In this document: positions 24,758-40,359 of the stretch, one piece after another
Numbering within the stretch: the first letter of the stretch is position 1
Layout: every line of letters starts with the position of its first letter
Assembly (NCBI RefSeq): GCF_006345805.1
Contig: NC_043005.1
Location: 7,998,001-8,062,000, forward strand
Length of the DNA: 64,000 bases
DNA from: Octopus sinensis
Taxonomy: Eukaryota
Direction of reading: 5' to 3'
Notes under the pieces: generated by a model
The model's database searches: none
Told to the model about the DNA's origin: nothing
The model's input: the letters and a program-made list of their open reading frames with translations, nothing else
Made by a program: the position numbers and the translations under genes

Positions 24758-27004
24758 GGGAAAGTTTACTAAAAAAACAAAAGACGAATATAGGTGGTGT
24801 ACAAAACAAACAGATGTATTAGTATAACGCTCAGGAATAGAGAAAGTATTTTACGTTTCGAGCCTACGCTCTTCTACAGAAAGGTACACAGAAAAAACAA
24901 GGAGAGAAACAAGGAGAGAAAAAAAGAGAGAAAAATATATGTACGTAGTTAAATACATATGTATATGTGTACATGCATTGCGGACACTAAAATCAGTTTA
25001 ATTTTCTTGCTTATTGAATTAAATAAAATTAAATGCGTGTACACACACAATTGTATGATTGAGAAATATTGAAGTTGTTACGATGATATCCGATATCTAA
25101 GTTACATTCGTTTTCGGAGTTGTCTTCGTATAATTCTTGACGTTTGAAACAAAAATGCTGCATTCGTTGTAATGAATTCGTTGTCTTTCTGTTCTTTATA
25201 ATCACAGGAGCTTATAGTAAACAGAAAAGAAACTTATATATCATTAAGTCTTCTTTTTTAAACCTTTTTATTTAATGTCAAATTAAATATCAAAAGTTTG
25301 AAGGAGATAATATCAAATTTCTAATATATCTAATTTGCTTGCAAATATCTTAAGCTTGTGATGAAAAGATTCAAATTTTTAACAAATGCTGTAATTCTTA
25401 ACATATTTTGCTTTGATTCTTATTTAATTTTATTTTATAATTATAAATATATCTTTGTTAGAATCGTAATACATATTAGCAATTATGATCATAATTTCTT
25501 TTCAGGTTTCTTCTTGAAAACTATTTGAAATTTCTATTTAACAATCTTATTCTATCGAAAGAATATTAGAATAACTTTCTTATAACCATTCTTACATTAA
25601 TATTCATACATTAACATTCTTACATTAATATTACTTATTGATGAAAACTTTTTCAGTGTCACTTTTTATAATGTCTGTCGTATTTTCTTTCCTGTACAGC
25701 AATTCTAAATTGTTGACTTCTTTACAGTCCACAGTTTGGCATAAGCATTGTATCACTGGCATATCCGTTTCTCACTGCATCATCTGAAGCGAGTACTTCG
25801 CCCAAATATAACTGATACGTTAAAAAATAGCATACGACTTGAAATATTCTTGTACATCTTAAAAGAATATGTGATTTATGAGGAGTTGGTAAATTGTTTT
25901 GAAATTCCTTCCGTTGTTTGATAATTAAACTGAAAGTTGAATAAGCAAAGCTAATTTTCATTCAATTATTTTTCCATTCGCAAATAATCCCAAACGAAAA
26001 CTCGAGTCATCAAAGATTTAACAATTCTTACATATTTTACAATTTGAGTACGGAAGCTCGGAGATGATGTATGATGGAACACAAAATTCGTATATGGTAA
26101 ATTATGAACCGACATTACTTACCAACTCATTTCAATTTCTCTACAAGAGATATATTTAAATCCTCTTCTATCACAGTGACGTAACGAATTGTTAAGACAT
26201 GCACTTTTGTGTAATGTGAATAATAATAACATAGCTGCAAATAATTTCAGAAACTTGAAAACTCGTTGATTATCACCGACCTTCTAATAATGAGTCTGGA
26301 TTGGGATAATATTGAACCAACGTGGTCAGTAAATTATTTGTCTTTCAAATTTAAGAAACGTTTCAACATTGAGATGAACATAATTCATCTCAAAAATGAG
26401 CTTCCTTGATTTTAACTCTTCAAATATTATTTTTGAATTATTGTAGATTACTCTCCTCAACGAAATTAACCTAAAATATTCTATTACGTTTAGCCTTTTG
26501 TCTAAAAATACAGCTATTCCATGTCTAAAATGTTTTCTGCATTGTTGTTATACATAGTAACACATGTCATACTGACGTCATGTTTGAAGTTGTTAGAACA
26601 AAAAAATAGATTTTATTCATTTACAGAAATAACTTAAATAAGAAGTACACAGCAAAGATATATAAGAAATTTATATCTGTACGGTGGGTAAAATTTCCTA
26701 TAGCTATAGTTGATAAATAGGAAATTATATCAGTACAAGTATTAAATGCAAATGAGACTAAGTAGAACATGTTTTAGTGAAGAAGTCAAATAAAATCGAA
26801 ACATCAATTTTTCCTTTCGCAAGGTGACATCAGAATCTAGATTCACTCTAATCCCTGTTGTCCTTATTGTCCCAAAATTTCGTCCTGCTTGTCTTATTGG
26901 GGTTATTCCCCTTACGTGTTCTAAGATTTTGAACATCATTATTATGAAGTTTATCCGCTAATTGCTTGGAATATCTTAGTTCATCGAAGTTTTTCAACTT
27001 AAGG

Positions 27005-27051
<47 letters not shown>

Positions 27052-27316
27052 CACCTTCGAAACGTAGAGTAGATGAAACCATGGCGACTGAAGAAGGGGT
27101 TTTTTCCTTGTGTTATTTGTCCTGTACTCTATTTTTTTGTTGTTTAAGAAAAATGTCCAGTTCCTTGGGTTTGTGTCTATGTTTTCGTTTCTCATTGTGT
27201 TCGACGTGTTTTTGGTGTCCTGTACTCATATATGCGTGTATATATACATTTAGAGGTAGGTACGTACATATGTGTATATATATATATATATATGCATATG
27301 TTTTATTTATTAATAT

Positions 27317-27364
<48 letters not shown>

Positions 27365-27822
27365 CCCCAATTGTATATGTATTGTATTTAACATGCATTT
27401 GTATTTTGTATCAGCCATATTGTTAGATTTCAATATTCAGCCTACTGTGCAGAAGTCCACAAATTAGATTTGGTACATTACATAATAATATTAACGTTTG
27501 AATATACACCATAATATCAAACTTATTTAAACATTCCGCACAAGAAATTTGACAAATATGACTAAAATCGCTGTGAGTTTTTTTTAGAGGAGAATACCCT
27601 TTATTGAGCGAGCGTAGTTAGGACTTAGATTGGTGATTGCTTGGAAATCTAGGTGCTGTAAGTGAAACCATTACAAGCTGGTGCTCTGGCATGGTCAGAG
27701 TTTAATGACTGAAACAAGTAAAAGATACAAGTTATTACGAGGCATAGGAAATCATCATCAGAGCAAATATAAAAGAAATTCTATCTGCAGGGATGAGCAG
27801 CATTAAGATGAAAGTCATAGAT

Positions 27823-28258
27823 AGGCGCAGGAGTGGCTGTGTGGTAAGTAGCTTTTTTACCAACCACATGGTTCCGGGTTCAGTCCCACTGTGTGGCACC
27901 TTGGGCAAATGTCTTCTACTATAGCCTCGGGCTGACCAAAGCCTTGTGAGTGGATTTGGTAGACGGAAACTGAAAGAAGCCCGTCGTATATATGTATATA
28001 TATATATATATATATATGCATGCGTGTGTGTGTTTGTGTGTCTGTGTTTGTCCCCCTAGCATTGCTTGACAACCGATGCTGGTGTGTTTATGTCCCCGTT
28101 ACTTAGCGGTTCGGCAAAAGAGACCGATAGAATAAGTACTGGGCTTACATAAGAATAAGTCCCGGGATCGAGTTGCTTGATTAAAGGCGGTGCTCCAGCA
28201 TGGCCGCAGTCAAATGACTGAAACAAGTAAAAGAATAAAAGAGTAAAGAGTAAAGAGT
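27823..28258 (+). mobile_element. SINE family A, full length
   Basis: Matches 8924-9342. Confidence 0.9.
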
Positions 28259-28841
28259 AATACAAGAATGATATATTTCAAGCAGTTGCTGGAACATCCG
28301 TTATGGCGAGCTTTCGGCCAGAAGCCATTTTGCGATGTTCAACTTTTCTGTGAAACTTCGACACTAAAGCAAAACCAATTTTCGTTTCCTCTCTTTTTTG
28401 GTGGCTGTATATTTATAATTTTAAATTATTGTGATAACATTCGAAATACCATGCTGAAAACGTGACTGAAAATCATTGAAAAATATTGTTGCGAACTTTT
28501 ACTTGTTCACAAATCATATATTTTTGTTATACCGCTGAATATATATAATGATTGCCAGATTATACGCGAACATCAAGAGAAACCATGGACGCTAATACTG
28601 CAATTTAAAATTTAAGTTTTCGTAATAAGTTTGGCTGAGGCAATTTTTTAAAACTTCCGATAGCTATTTTGGGGTTTCGATTGCAACAACAAATATGATA
28701 TTTTCAATCGTAACAATGTTTTAAAATGAATTAGTCATGTTTACATTGCCGACCACAGCAAAGTATCATAGAGATGCATATATAAACACATAACATATAA
28801 ATATACATGCACACACACACACACACACACACATACATATA

Positions 28842-28875
<34 letters not shown>

Positions 28876-29015
28876 CATACATTCATACATACATACACAC
28901 ATACATGCATGCATGCATACATACATAAATACATACATACATAAATACATACATACATACATGCATACATGTACACATATAACTCATGAATATAAATAAA
29001 CATGTATATACCTGA

Positions 29016-29063
<48 letters not shown>

Positions 29064-29068
29064 CTATC

Positions 29069-29131
<63 letters not shown>

Positions 29132-29154
29132 ATATCTATCTATCTATCTATCTA

Positions 29155-29230
<76 letters not shown>

Positions 29231-29401
29231 GTACACACGCACACACATGCACATACACACATACACATTAAACTTTTATTTAGGGAATTCTCGAAATAAA
29301 TACGCACAGAATCGGTCTGTTGCTTTAAACGATGAGAAATCGCCAAGAAACAACTATATTATTACAAAAACATATATTTAAAATAAAAACAATAGAAATA
29401 C

Positions 29402-29776
29402 AAGTAATATTCGTAGACGCTTTAACATGGCTCTCCTACTGCGTTGAACTCTTAGATTTTAGAACTAGTATTTTTGCTTGTTGCAAAATCAGCGACTCTG
29501 AGTTCGCTTGAAATATATATATTGCGTGCAGAAGCTGTTTTCATCTCTAGCAGGCGCGGTGTCCAGTACCGAGGAGTGGCAGAAATAGCCCGAAACCAGG
29601 ACTGGTCTACTAGTCCCGTCGCTAGGAGACGGTAGGAGTTCGCTACCCTGCTCACAATTTTATCGGATGCAGCTATGCACCATTAACCAGCTAGAGATGT
29701 CCTCTTGCGATTAAAAACTCGCGGTGGAGTCCGCTCGAACAGACAGCCATGTTGGATTGGCTACGAATATTATTTG
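29402..29776. other. GC-richer foldback element with terminal and nested inverted repeats
   Basis: Imperfect terminal IRs aagtaatattcgtag..aacatggct / agccatgtt..ctacgaatattattt. Perfect inner IR catctctagc (29542-29551) / gctagagatg (29690-29699). Confidence 0.75.
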
Positions 29777-31104
29777 TCGGTACAACTATTGCGTTGATTT
29801 CTTAGAGAGATTTTAGATCTAAATATAAATACAATCTCTATACATAATAATATTCACAGATGTAGGTTAACCCGATGGATAATAAACTTTTGATTATTAT
29901 TTTTATCATCTAAGCAGAATTCTATACTCTATTTATGTACCACATAAGTTTTCTGACATCTCATATTTGATATGAAACTAAATACACTTTGATAATTGTT
30001 GAATAGCGTTCACGTAATGTTGGATGTTACAGTCACAATGCGTTGAATGCAAAATCTATTTTAATTCTTATCGTCATTTCAGATCTTTATGTATTGTCAA
30101 GAGGGAAAGCAGTACTCATGATCCTTTATAGGTTTCCTGAGACCGATGAGTATGCGGGAAGAAAGAATTTATTCTCAAACCAGAGACCTGGCCCAAATTC
30201 TTGCAACAGAATGGATTCAGCTTAAGACCCTTAAGATGCCAGGTGTTGGAATTAAAGCCTGTTACAATTCCCTAAGTAAACAACCGAATTTGAACAAATA
30301 CCATAAAGCATTCGGTCCGACGTTTTACAGTAACACACACCCATTCCTTCCGATTGGCACTTAATTATATCAAAGAGAGAAGGATGGAAGGCGAAGTTGA
30401 CTTCGAGGAGATTTTAATCCAGATTGCATAGGGTTGGGACAAAAACCATAAAACTTTGGCGAATCTGGCATTTCGACTAAATGCCGTTGAGGCACAGCAA
30501 CGTGGTAGATTATAGATTTTCAACAAGCAAAATTTCTATGTGTAGCCAATCAACAAGACTACCTATGGTGGAAGATGATAAAATTGATACTGCCAAATAA
30601 ACAATAGAAAGGTTTGCAAAGTAAGAAGACAAATTGAAGTTTAGAAAGTGTCTCACCAGTTTTATTTCACACAGAGATTCTACGAAACAAAGCAATATGT
30701 TTTCATAATGTTGCTAATACAAAAGCTAGACAACAAACGCTCTCAAAATAGGATATCAAATGAACTAAGAAATGAATTTATTGAAAGTGAACGCCACAAT
30801 TTTGAAATTATGTAAAATGTGTGATGAAAAGGTGACAGCTGAATAGAAAGTTTACTGCATTTTGGCACAAATCGAATTTTTTAATGATTTATTAAACAGT
30901 AACTGAGTGGGAAGAAGATTCAATTTGCTTTTATATTATTAGTGAACTAAAATAATAGCAACAGTAATATTTTCACTAAAAAAGGTATATATATATATAT
31001 TCCATATGTATGTGTGTGTATGTGTGCGTGTACAAGTGTGTATGACTAAAACACACACAACACACACACACACACACAGAGACACACACAGACACACACA
31101 CAGA

Positions 31105-31153
<49 letters not shown>

Positions 31154-31299
31154 ACACACACACATATATATACAGAGCGTTTCAGAACTAGTGAAATCTA
31201 ATCGCAGAATTCAAGAGCTCAATTCTTTAACATGTTAAGCTCTGATAGAAGACTGTAATATCGAAATTAATATAAAAGTTGACATAATGTTTTTATTGA

Positions 31300-32230
31300 C
31301 TGATATGGGTTGGTTCAACTTGTGTCTGTTGGTAGGTTAACACTTCTTCAATACAAAGCTGTTTCTCAAATTAGTCTTCACGGTGTGTGATGCATTTATG
31401 CCGTCGTTGAATCCACCTGACGGTCCCTCTTTGGAAATATTCAGGTGTGAATGTTGTGCCTACATTTCCCCACCCACTCTCATCAAATAGTTGCTCCCGT
31501 AGACTCTGCTTTGTCGATTGCCTTATTTATCACCATTGGTATGAGTTGTCGTACATTGTTATGATGAATGAAGATCGCATTCAGATTCCAATTCAGTTTC
31601 CTTCGCGTAATGGCCGCTTTAAACCTTTTGGATGTTTCATTGTACAGCTTTCCGAGATCCAGGGAAAATCACGCCCTTGCCTTTGTCTTAAACATTCAAC
31701 ATGACTTTCCGTATCGCTCGCCGGCTCGTAATTTCTTAGGCATTGGAGAAGAGGTGTAACCTTGTTTCATGAACTGAAGTGCCATTTTCGTATCATAATG
31801 ATATAACTGCATTTCATACGTTGTCACCAGAGAGGTAAAGACGTGTCTTTATTGACTTGAAACGCTTCAAACTGATCACAACTGAATTCAAATGAGGTGT
31901 CATTTGCCGAGGTACTCACTTCACATACACTTTTTGAAACCCTCTATCTTTTACTTTTCTTCGTAATACGGTGACCACACGCTGCTTTTAAAGCAGGCTC
32001 ACGGATTGTGACTCGTGCGTCTGCGTGAACCAGTTCGTTCACTTTCGCTAATTCGTGTCGGTGGCTGCACTTGGTAGTCTCTCATAGCCTTGTTTGTTTT
32101 TACAGCTGGTTTGCTCTTCTAATTTCTTCACCTATCTGTGTACATTGCTCGTGTCAGTTGTATCATCTCCGCAATCAATTTTTTGCTTTTTGTATATGTT
32201 AGACAGCCTGCACCCCCACCGTTGTTAAAA
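31300..32230 (-). pseudogene. Decayed mariner transposase
   Basis: Minus strand gives KVNELVHADARVTIRE, LVTTYEMQLYHYDTK and IFIHHNNVR, i.e. eroded HTH and DDD-region motifs. Confidence 0.7.
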
Positions 32231-32244
32231 TTTCAATGATGACA

Positions 32245-32576
32245 CGTTACTTTTGCTTGGATCACCTTCTGCTTGGGTCACCTTCTGCTTGGGTCACCTT
32301 CGGCTTAGGTCACCTTCTGCTTGGGTCACCTTCTGCTTGGATTATCTTCTGCTTGGGTCACTTTCTGCTTGGATTATCTTCTGCTTGGGTCACCTTCTGC
32401 TTGGATTATCTTCTGCTTGGATCACCTTCTGCTTGGGTCACCTTCTGCTTGGGTCACCTTCTGCTTGGATTATCTTCTGCTTGGGTCACCTTCTGCTTGG
32501 GTCACCTTCTGCTTGGGTCACCTTCTGCTTGGGTCACCTTCTGCTTGGGTTACCTTCTCCTTGGGTTACCTTTTGC
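32245..32576. repeat. 16 bp minisatellite (GGGTCACCTTCTGCTT / GGATTATCTTCTGCTT), about 20 units
   Basis: Directly visible; explains the three overlapping LLLGSPSAW ORFs. Confidence 0.97.
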
Positions 32577-33626
32577 AACGAAGAAGAGGAGGAGAAAGTT
32601 ACAATAGAAAAAGAGCTAATATACTAACATGTACAAATTGAACGACGTATGTCAGTTAATAAAAAAAAAGTTAAGATTGCATTGCTTTCATTCGTATTGT
32701 TACTTCAATGCAATAAAAAACTAATAGGTAAGGCTTCCAGTCCGATGATTTTATGACTTTCACATCGGATTCAATGTTTGCAATTTATAATTATGTAATT
32801 ATTACTAATTATTATATAATTGAAAATTGTTTTTCGTTACTTCGTGCTTCACGTTTCCATTTATTCAAACGATTAACAAGAAGTTTTGATTAAAAATATA
32901 AGAAAATATTTTTGTAAGCACACCGAATATTATCAAATAACGATACTTAGTTGATTGTGAAAATATAGTAGAAAATGCGATGCACAAATCTAGTGGAAAA
33001 TGCGACATACATTCATCTATATAATTAACATACTCAAAATAAGGAGAGGTGATTTATCCGCCAGTTACCAAGTGAAACCGTAGAATTTAGGATTTAGGAT
33101 TTAGTAATTTTCAAGGATATTTCTGTACAGGCATTTGTAAGACTCCACAGATAATGATGTCTTTTGAAACCGCAGTGTTATTATGCACAAACAATACCTA
33201 CCAAGACTTCCAACGTGCAATACATTGAATATGACCTGTCAGTGACCTGTTTGGGACATGTTCTCCAATTCGATCTAACTTCTAGCACTTTATTTACATA
33301 CATGCTCAAATGAAACGCGACAACAACATAAAACAATCATTAATTCCTTACATAAAATATAACGAAGTCAGCAGAAGCCAGCTTTATAGTTTCAATGTAG
33401 TTTCAAACAAATAAACCCCCAAAAAAGGCTTTATCATCCTTTTCTTTCAACACTCATTACATAAAAGTTTGTTTACATCTCTCTATCTCCTCATCTTCAT
33501 TTTGCTCTCGTTTTCATTGCCTCTCACCGCTACATTCCTTCCTCCGCATTCGCCCCTTTTGTACACACATCTCTCTCTCACATACACACAGCTCTCTACC
33601 TTACTCTCCCTATATATATATATATA

Positions 33627-33665
<39 letters not shown>

Positions 33666-33968
33666 GCATATACACACATGTAGGTATACCCGTCTTTAGT
33701 AGTTAACCGTTATAATACTTATAAAAATGTCTTTGCCATGGTTTTATAGATATACATTAATATAGATAGTGTTTTATATACTGTGCAAAACATATCTTTA
33801 TCAAAGCACGAAAGAATATTCATTGTCGTAAAACTAACACGATTCAGACATATATATACATAAATACAGATATACACATATGTGTATGCGTGTGTGTATG
33901 TGTGTGTGTGTGTTGATACATTTGCATACTCATACATGGATATATACATTGATACATACATACACACT

Positions 33969-34067
<99 letters not shown>

Positions 34068-34268
34068 GTATATATATATACACATATATATAGGAAAAAT
34101 AGCATTTGAAAATGCATTGAGAATAGTTAAAATATTTTTATTAAAATATTTGAATAATAAAAATAAAAATAATATTAATAATAAAAAATATTCTAACTAT
34201 TGTCATTACATTTTCAACTTCTATTTTTCCTATTCTTTCTACCCGTGCGGAATGAAAAATCTTTGTCT

Positions 34269-34303
<35 letters not shown>

Positions 34304-34530
34304 TATATTATATATATAATATATATATATATTATATATATATATATATAGTATATGTATGTATATGTATGTAATTGATATAAATATATATATGCATATA
34401 CATACATATATATATATGTTATATATATATATATTATATTATATATATATGCATATACATACATATATATATATATATGTATATATCTATATCCATCTAC
34501 CTATCTATATATATTGTTCATACGTTCATT

Positions 34531-34921
34531 CATGGCTGTGTGGTAAGAAGCTTGCTTCACAACCGCATGGTTATGCTTTCGGTACCACTGCGTGGCAGCT
34601 TGGGCTGGTGTCTTCAGCCACAAAGTATTCTGGATGGATGTGGTAGAGAGAAACTGAAAGAAGTTTCTTGTTTATATATATATGTATATATATATATTTA
34701 TATGTATGTATGCATTTGTGTGTGCGTGTTTGTGTCTGTGTTTGTCTCCCCCTCCCCCACCACTTGACAACGAATGTTAGTGTGTTTACGTCCTTGCAAC
34801 TTAATGGTTCGGAAAAAGAAACCGATAGTACTAGGCTTATAAAGAATAAGTCCCGGGGTCGATTTCTTCGACTAAAGGCCGAGCTCCACCATGACGGGAG
34901 TCAGATAACTGAATCAAATAA
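34531..34921 (+). mobile_element. SINE family A, diverged
   Basis: Alignable to 8924-9342 throughout. Confidence 0.8.
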
Positions 34922-35898
34922 AAGTAATATTATTACTAGTAACAGCACATAAATGATCAGAGTTTTATTTTCGGTATTGCACTGAATATAGCCACTAAAA
35001 ATACTGACGACTACCTGCATTTACTTGGCGGAAGAGCAACGGCTCTTTAGCGTTGGAGCTACATATATACAAGGCCTGTTCATTGGTAGTAGAGAAGCAG
35101 AATGAATAATAGTGAAAACTATTATTTTGTCGTGGGTTTGAGAACCTAAGCAAAATAAAAAGGTGTGAATTAATATGTCTTTTCTCGTGGATTGTAAAAT
35201 CTATCCATGAGGGAAAAACCGAAGTATGTTAGCTTGTGTGTATGCGTGTGGTTCAATTGGATATGATGACATTATACTAAAATCTTGTTTTGGCAGTTCG
35301 GGAGAGCAACCGCATCACGTGAGATTTTTAGAATGTTCTATTTTTCATCAAGCAGAGTTTGCATCTACTTCCGTTAAAACACAGCCTAGATCTTTTCATG
35401 AAACTCCAATTGATGATATGACGGTACATCTAACTTTAAATCTCATAGCTAACGAGCTAATATTGTGACATTCCGCCATTTTAGTATCCTGAAAGAACTG
35501 CGATTATTTTGCCTGGTTTTAAGGGGCCCTCAGGGATTTTTTCTACATGTGCAATAAAACCACTTGAATCAGTAAGTTCGAAAGCGAAATCTGTTTTTGT
35601 GGATATCAGAAGGTTCTATGATATAAAACCTCTAGCCTGTCACTTGATGTTCAACAACAAATACTTAAAGAGTCGCATACGTATTTTATAAACTTTTGTC
35701 ATAATAATCAAATGAGTTACAGATGTCTCATCACCTCATTTTGTTCATTTTTCGTTTGAAGACAGTTGACTAATCAATGAATAATGAGATGGCTATCATC
35801 TGTTATGATGAAGTAGTCAACGTCATCCTATATACATATACATACATAACAACCACACACGACACACGCACATACATACATACACACACACACACACA

Positions 35899-35941
<43 letters not shown>

Positions 35942-37264
35942 TATATTATTTGCATGTTATATTCCATAAGAGATTATTATATTGGATAACGATTTATCCT
36001 ATATAATACACACACGCATAATCACACACGTGCGTACACATTTTTTACTTTGAAAACGAAAATTACTTTGATAATATATTGATGTATGTAGAAAGAGGAA
36101 GAGAGACAGACATAAAGATAGTTGGGTAGATAAACAGACACTAACATTTTATTAACAGTTATTAGCAAGTCATATCAGTAGTTCACTTTATTGTTTTCTT
36201 GAAAATACCAGAAATAATAATAAATCCATATATATATATATTATTTGAGTCTTCGGAAATATTTTTGTACAAAAGAAATAAAAATAATATATAAAGAAGA
36301 ACGAAAAAGAAATACCAAACAATAAACATTAAAATAAAATATATAATTGAGTCAACAAGCAATGAAGTAATAAATATATAAAAAAGAAAAAAAAAGTAAT
36401 TACAATAAAAGCTTAAAATAAATAATAACACTGATATTGTAATTATATCCCGAAGCCCTGTCAGAGTAATAACTGAATGGAAATAGTTTTCCTTGGTTCG
36501 CTTCCAGCTGATCGATAAGGAAATTCAATAGAATTATTATAACTGGAAGATCAATATTACACCATGTTTTTTGACACTTACCCACGGTGTTTTGTTGGTT
36601 GATTTATTTATTCCACTTTCTTGAAATTCTATTCATTATTAATTTACTACAGAAACGTTATTTATTTATTTGTTTAAAAAACAATACGATAATTGCTCCG
36701 GAGTATGATGCATTCGACATTTTAAATAAAGAACAACAAATATCTTCTGCATGCATGTATGCGTGTATATATATGCATATATGTGTGCATATATTTATAT
36801 ATATATATGTTGTATGTATGTTTGTGAAGGGATGTATGTGTATGCATGCGTGTTTGTGTATGTGGGGAGCAAAAGAGACAGAGGATAAATATAATACTTG
36901 AGATTTTAAATAATGAACTTTTATGTTAAGTAGTGTACATATTGCGGTGGAATACACACATGCACACACACACACACACACATACATATATATACGGAGA
37001 GAGACAGATAGACAGATAGACAGAGACAGAGAGATAGACATGTATGTACATATGTATATATATATATAAATATATGTATATTCTATTTATATATGCATAT
37101 ATATATATATATATATACATATATACGCGCACACACATATAAAAACATATACATATACATACGTACAGGCATACATATCTATCTCTATATGTATGTATAT
37201 ATTGAGTATGTATTATGTATGCATTTATGTATGTATGTATGTATGTATGTATGCATCTCTCTCG

Positions 37265-37296
<32 letters not shown>

Positions 37297-37384
37297 ATAT
37301 ATTTATTATTATATATATATTATGTATATATATTATATATATAATAAGATTATATATATATATATTATATATATATAATATATG

Positions 37385-37416
<32 letters not shown>

Positions 37417-38378
37417 CTATATATTTACATATAGATGAGAATTTGTTTTGGGGTTTGAAAAGGCACCGGAACCTCAAAACGTGTAGTCGTTTTAAAATTT
37501 TGTAATAGATTTATTGAAATACCAAACCTCTTTCGACAATTTTTTGCTTATCAATGGCACAAATATGTAAATAAAATGTTTAGGAGAGTTTAATGTTATT
37601 AGGTAAAAAACATGCTTAAACCATCAAATGTTCACATAAATTTCAATGAGTTACACAGGGATGGATAGAAATATAAGTGTTAATCTTCGGTGAAGATCAT
37701 AGCAAATGTACATTGTTGAAAATTCAGTCATGTTGTGTTTTTATAAAAACAGTGGAGAGAAAGGAAAGAAGTGTCTGTTTTTCAATTTCAGTTTCAGTGC
37801 ACTGGTCTCTTCACCTCAGCTTGTTGGAGTTCGAAGTGCTATTAGTCCAACTCTTTTAGAATATATGCGTTTTTATGGAAAGGGATCCAATATTTGGTGA
37901 AGTGTTTTTGTTTTTCTCGAAGTGTTTTAGTCAAAATATTTTTGTTTTGGCAAAATGTAGTGTTTTGGTTGGCTTACTGATAACGTCCATTCCTTGTTGA
38001 CCACGGTCAAGGAGCAAGTTCTGGTTGGTGGTAGATATCGTGACGTCACTTTATTTTTATCAAAAATATTTACCGTTTTGGACAAAATATTTTTGTTTTT
38101 GGCAAAGTTCACCGTTATGCTTGGTTGACGTCGTGTTAGGGACTCGGTAACTTGTTTTTACCTGAGGGTCATCTATCGTTCCTGTTGGTTGGTTCCCTTA
38201 AGAAGTCATTATTTGTTTTTTTTTTCAGGGCCCGGTTCTGCCCAGAGAAAGAAATTCATTTTTGGTGCATCGACAGAGAGGGAAAATCTGTTACTTTGGA
38301 TTTATGTCTGCGGGGCATTTAGTGTCTGCTTATAAGAATTTTCCTTGTCGTATATATATAAACATCTGTCTACTATAC

Positions 38379-38420
<42 letters not shown>

Positions 38421-39347
38421 CACACACATACACACATACACACACATATATATTGTCCCAATAGTGACTAATGACAACGTCAGAAACGTGTAGTCCATCT
38501 TGTTCCTGCCGTGACATCAATCCTGGGACTATGCTCACCTCGTTCCAATATATATTCTGTTTTTAACACAACATGAAAATATTTCCTCTGAGATAGAAAC
38601 CACCGCATTATGCTTTTCGACGGTTTATATGCATTAGATATACTACTCAGGTGGGTAGCTTAAAATCTAATGCTTTATCAGTTAAACACACTGATTTTTA
38701 TTCTATCCGACAAGTCTCTAAAATACCTATTCTGTATGCATCGGAAGACACAAATTTCCTCTAGGTATGTGATTACCGACTGCATATCATTCAGAAAACA
38801 GGAGAAAAAATCGAGACGCATTAGACTTACTCATGAGTTACTACTGGGACGATATTTGCCAGGCCCTGGATTTTCGTTCAACGTAAATGCAAATATGAAA
38901 TGCAAGACATAAAATCTCACCTACTGCATTATTTGCCCCAAATGCAAGGAGAATTATATAGGTGAAACCAATAATTCCCTTTGCCAACGCGCAACAATCC
39001 ACAGACAGCAAATTCGAGAAGAGGCTAAACAACTAGGGCTAATTGAACATATATACTGAGTTAGCCTGTAAGTAGCTGAGTATTTCCAAGAAACCCGTAT
39101 ATTTAACGTAAATCTCAGGCAGAATCAATGTCCCATAGGGAATAACAATGTTGCACTTGAAAATAAAGGTACAATGCTTCCGAATGACTTCTGTACTGTT
39201 TCCGTCAACCCATTTCCCCCGAAAAGCTTTGGATTGATTCACGGTTACAGAAAAAGGACAATTACCCTAGATACCATAAACTCAAACAGTTGGATCGAAC
39301 TCAGGATCACGTAGCTGTAAACAGAACATTTTAACCATTCAAACATA

Positions 39348-39795
<448 letters not shown>

Positions 39796-39958
39796 AACAT
39801 GTTGATACGTAAACATGCATATGTGTATTTGCTATTTTACATACGGGATAAAAATTAAATGTGTGCAGCTTTGTTTTAAGCGTTGAGGAAATACAATGAC
39901 CCCCAAAACCAAAATTTTCAAGATAATACTCTTACGAAACTGACAAAGATGAAATCAC

Positions 39959-40072
<114 letters not shown>

Positions 40073-40359
40073 TTCAAATATGAAATAAAATCAGGGCTAG
40101 AATAATACATTTTATCGACCACATATACTTGACATAAACGGACAGCATATTTGCCGGCGGACTGTGTAGAGGGGCACAGAGAATACTCAAACCTTTCAAA
40201 CCTTCGGTGTTAAAACATTTGAAAATAATAGGCAAGGAGTGATGCTTCATTATTTTTGTGGCTTATCAACATCACGTACCCGAACGGAATCGGAGACGAA
40301 TCATACCGCTAATCCACGACTTATATGCATATAGTAAGAAAACTGTGTGCTGCGCTGTC

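Noticed and set aside
25200-26700. Possible decayed coding region on the minus strand, including a CAG...GTAAGT-bounded 112 bp segment and IQCLCQTVDCKEV
   Set aside because: No continuous recognisable domain, many stops, and no partner exons.
27049-27105. CUUCGAAACGUA followed by CUGAAGAAGG (permuted hammerhead pieces)
   Set aside because: No stem I pairing can be formed; probably halves of adjacent Penelope repeat units.
30720-30880. Zinc-finger-like CKMCDEKV remnant of a DNA transposon
   Set aside because: Too short and degraded to assign.
32236-32641. CRISPR-like array or repeat protein
   Set aside because: Contiguous 16 bp units with no spacers, in eukaryotic context.
36578-36660. Minus-strand GTAAGT donor with a possible small exon
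   Set aside because: Weak acceptor, uninformative peptide and no corroborating exons.
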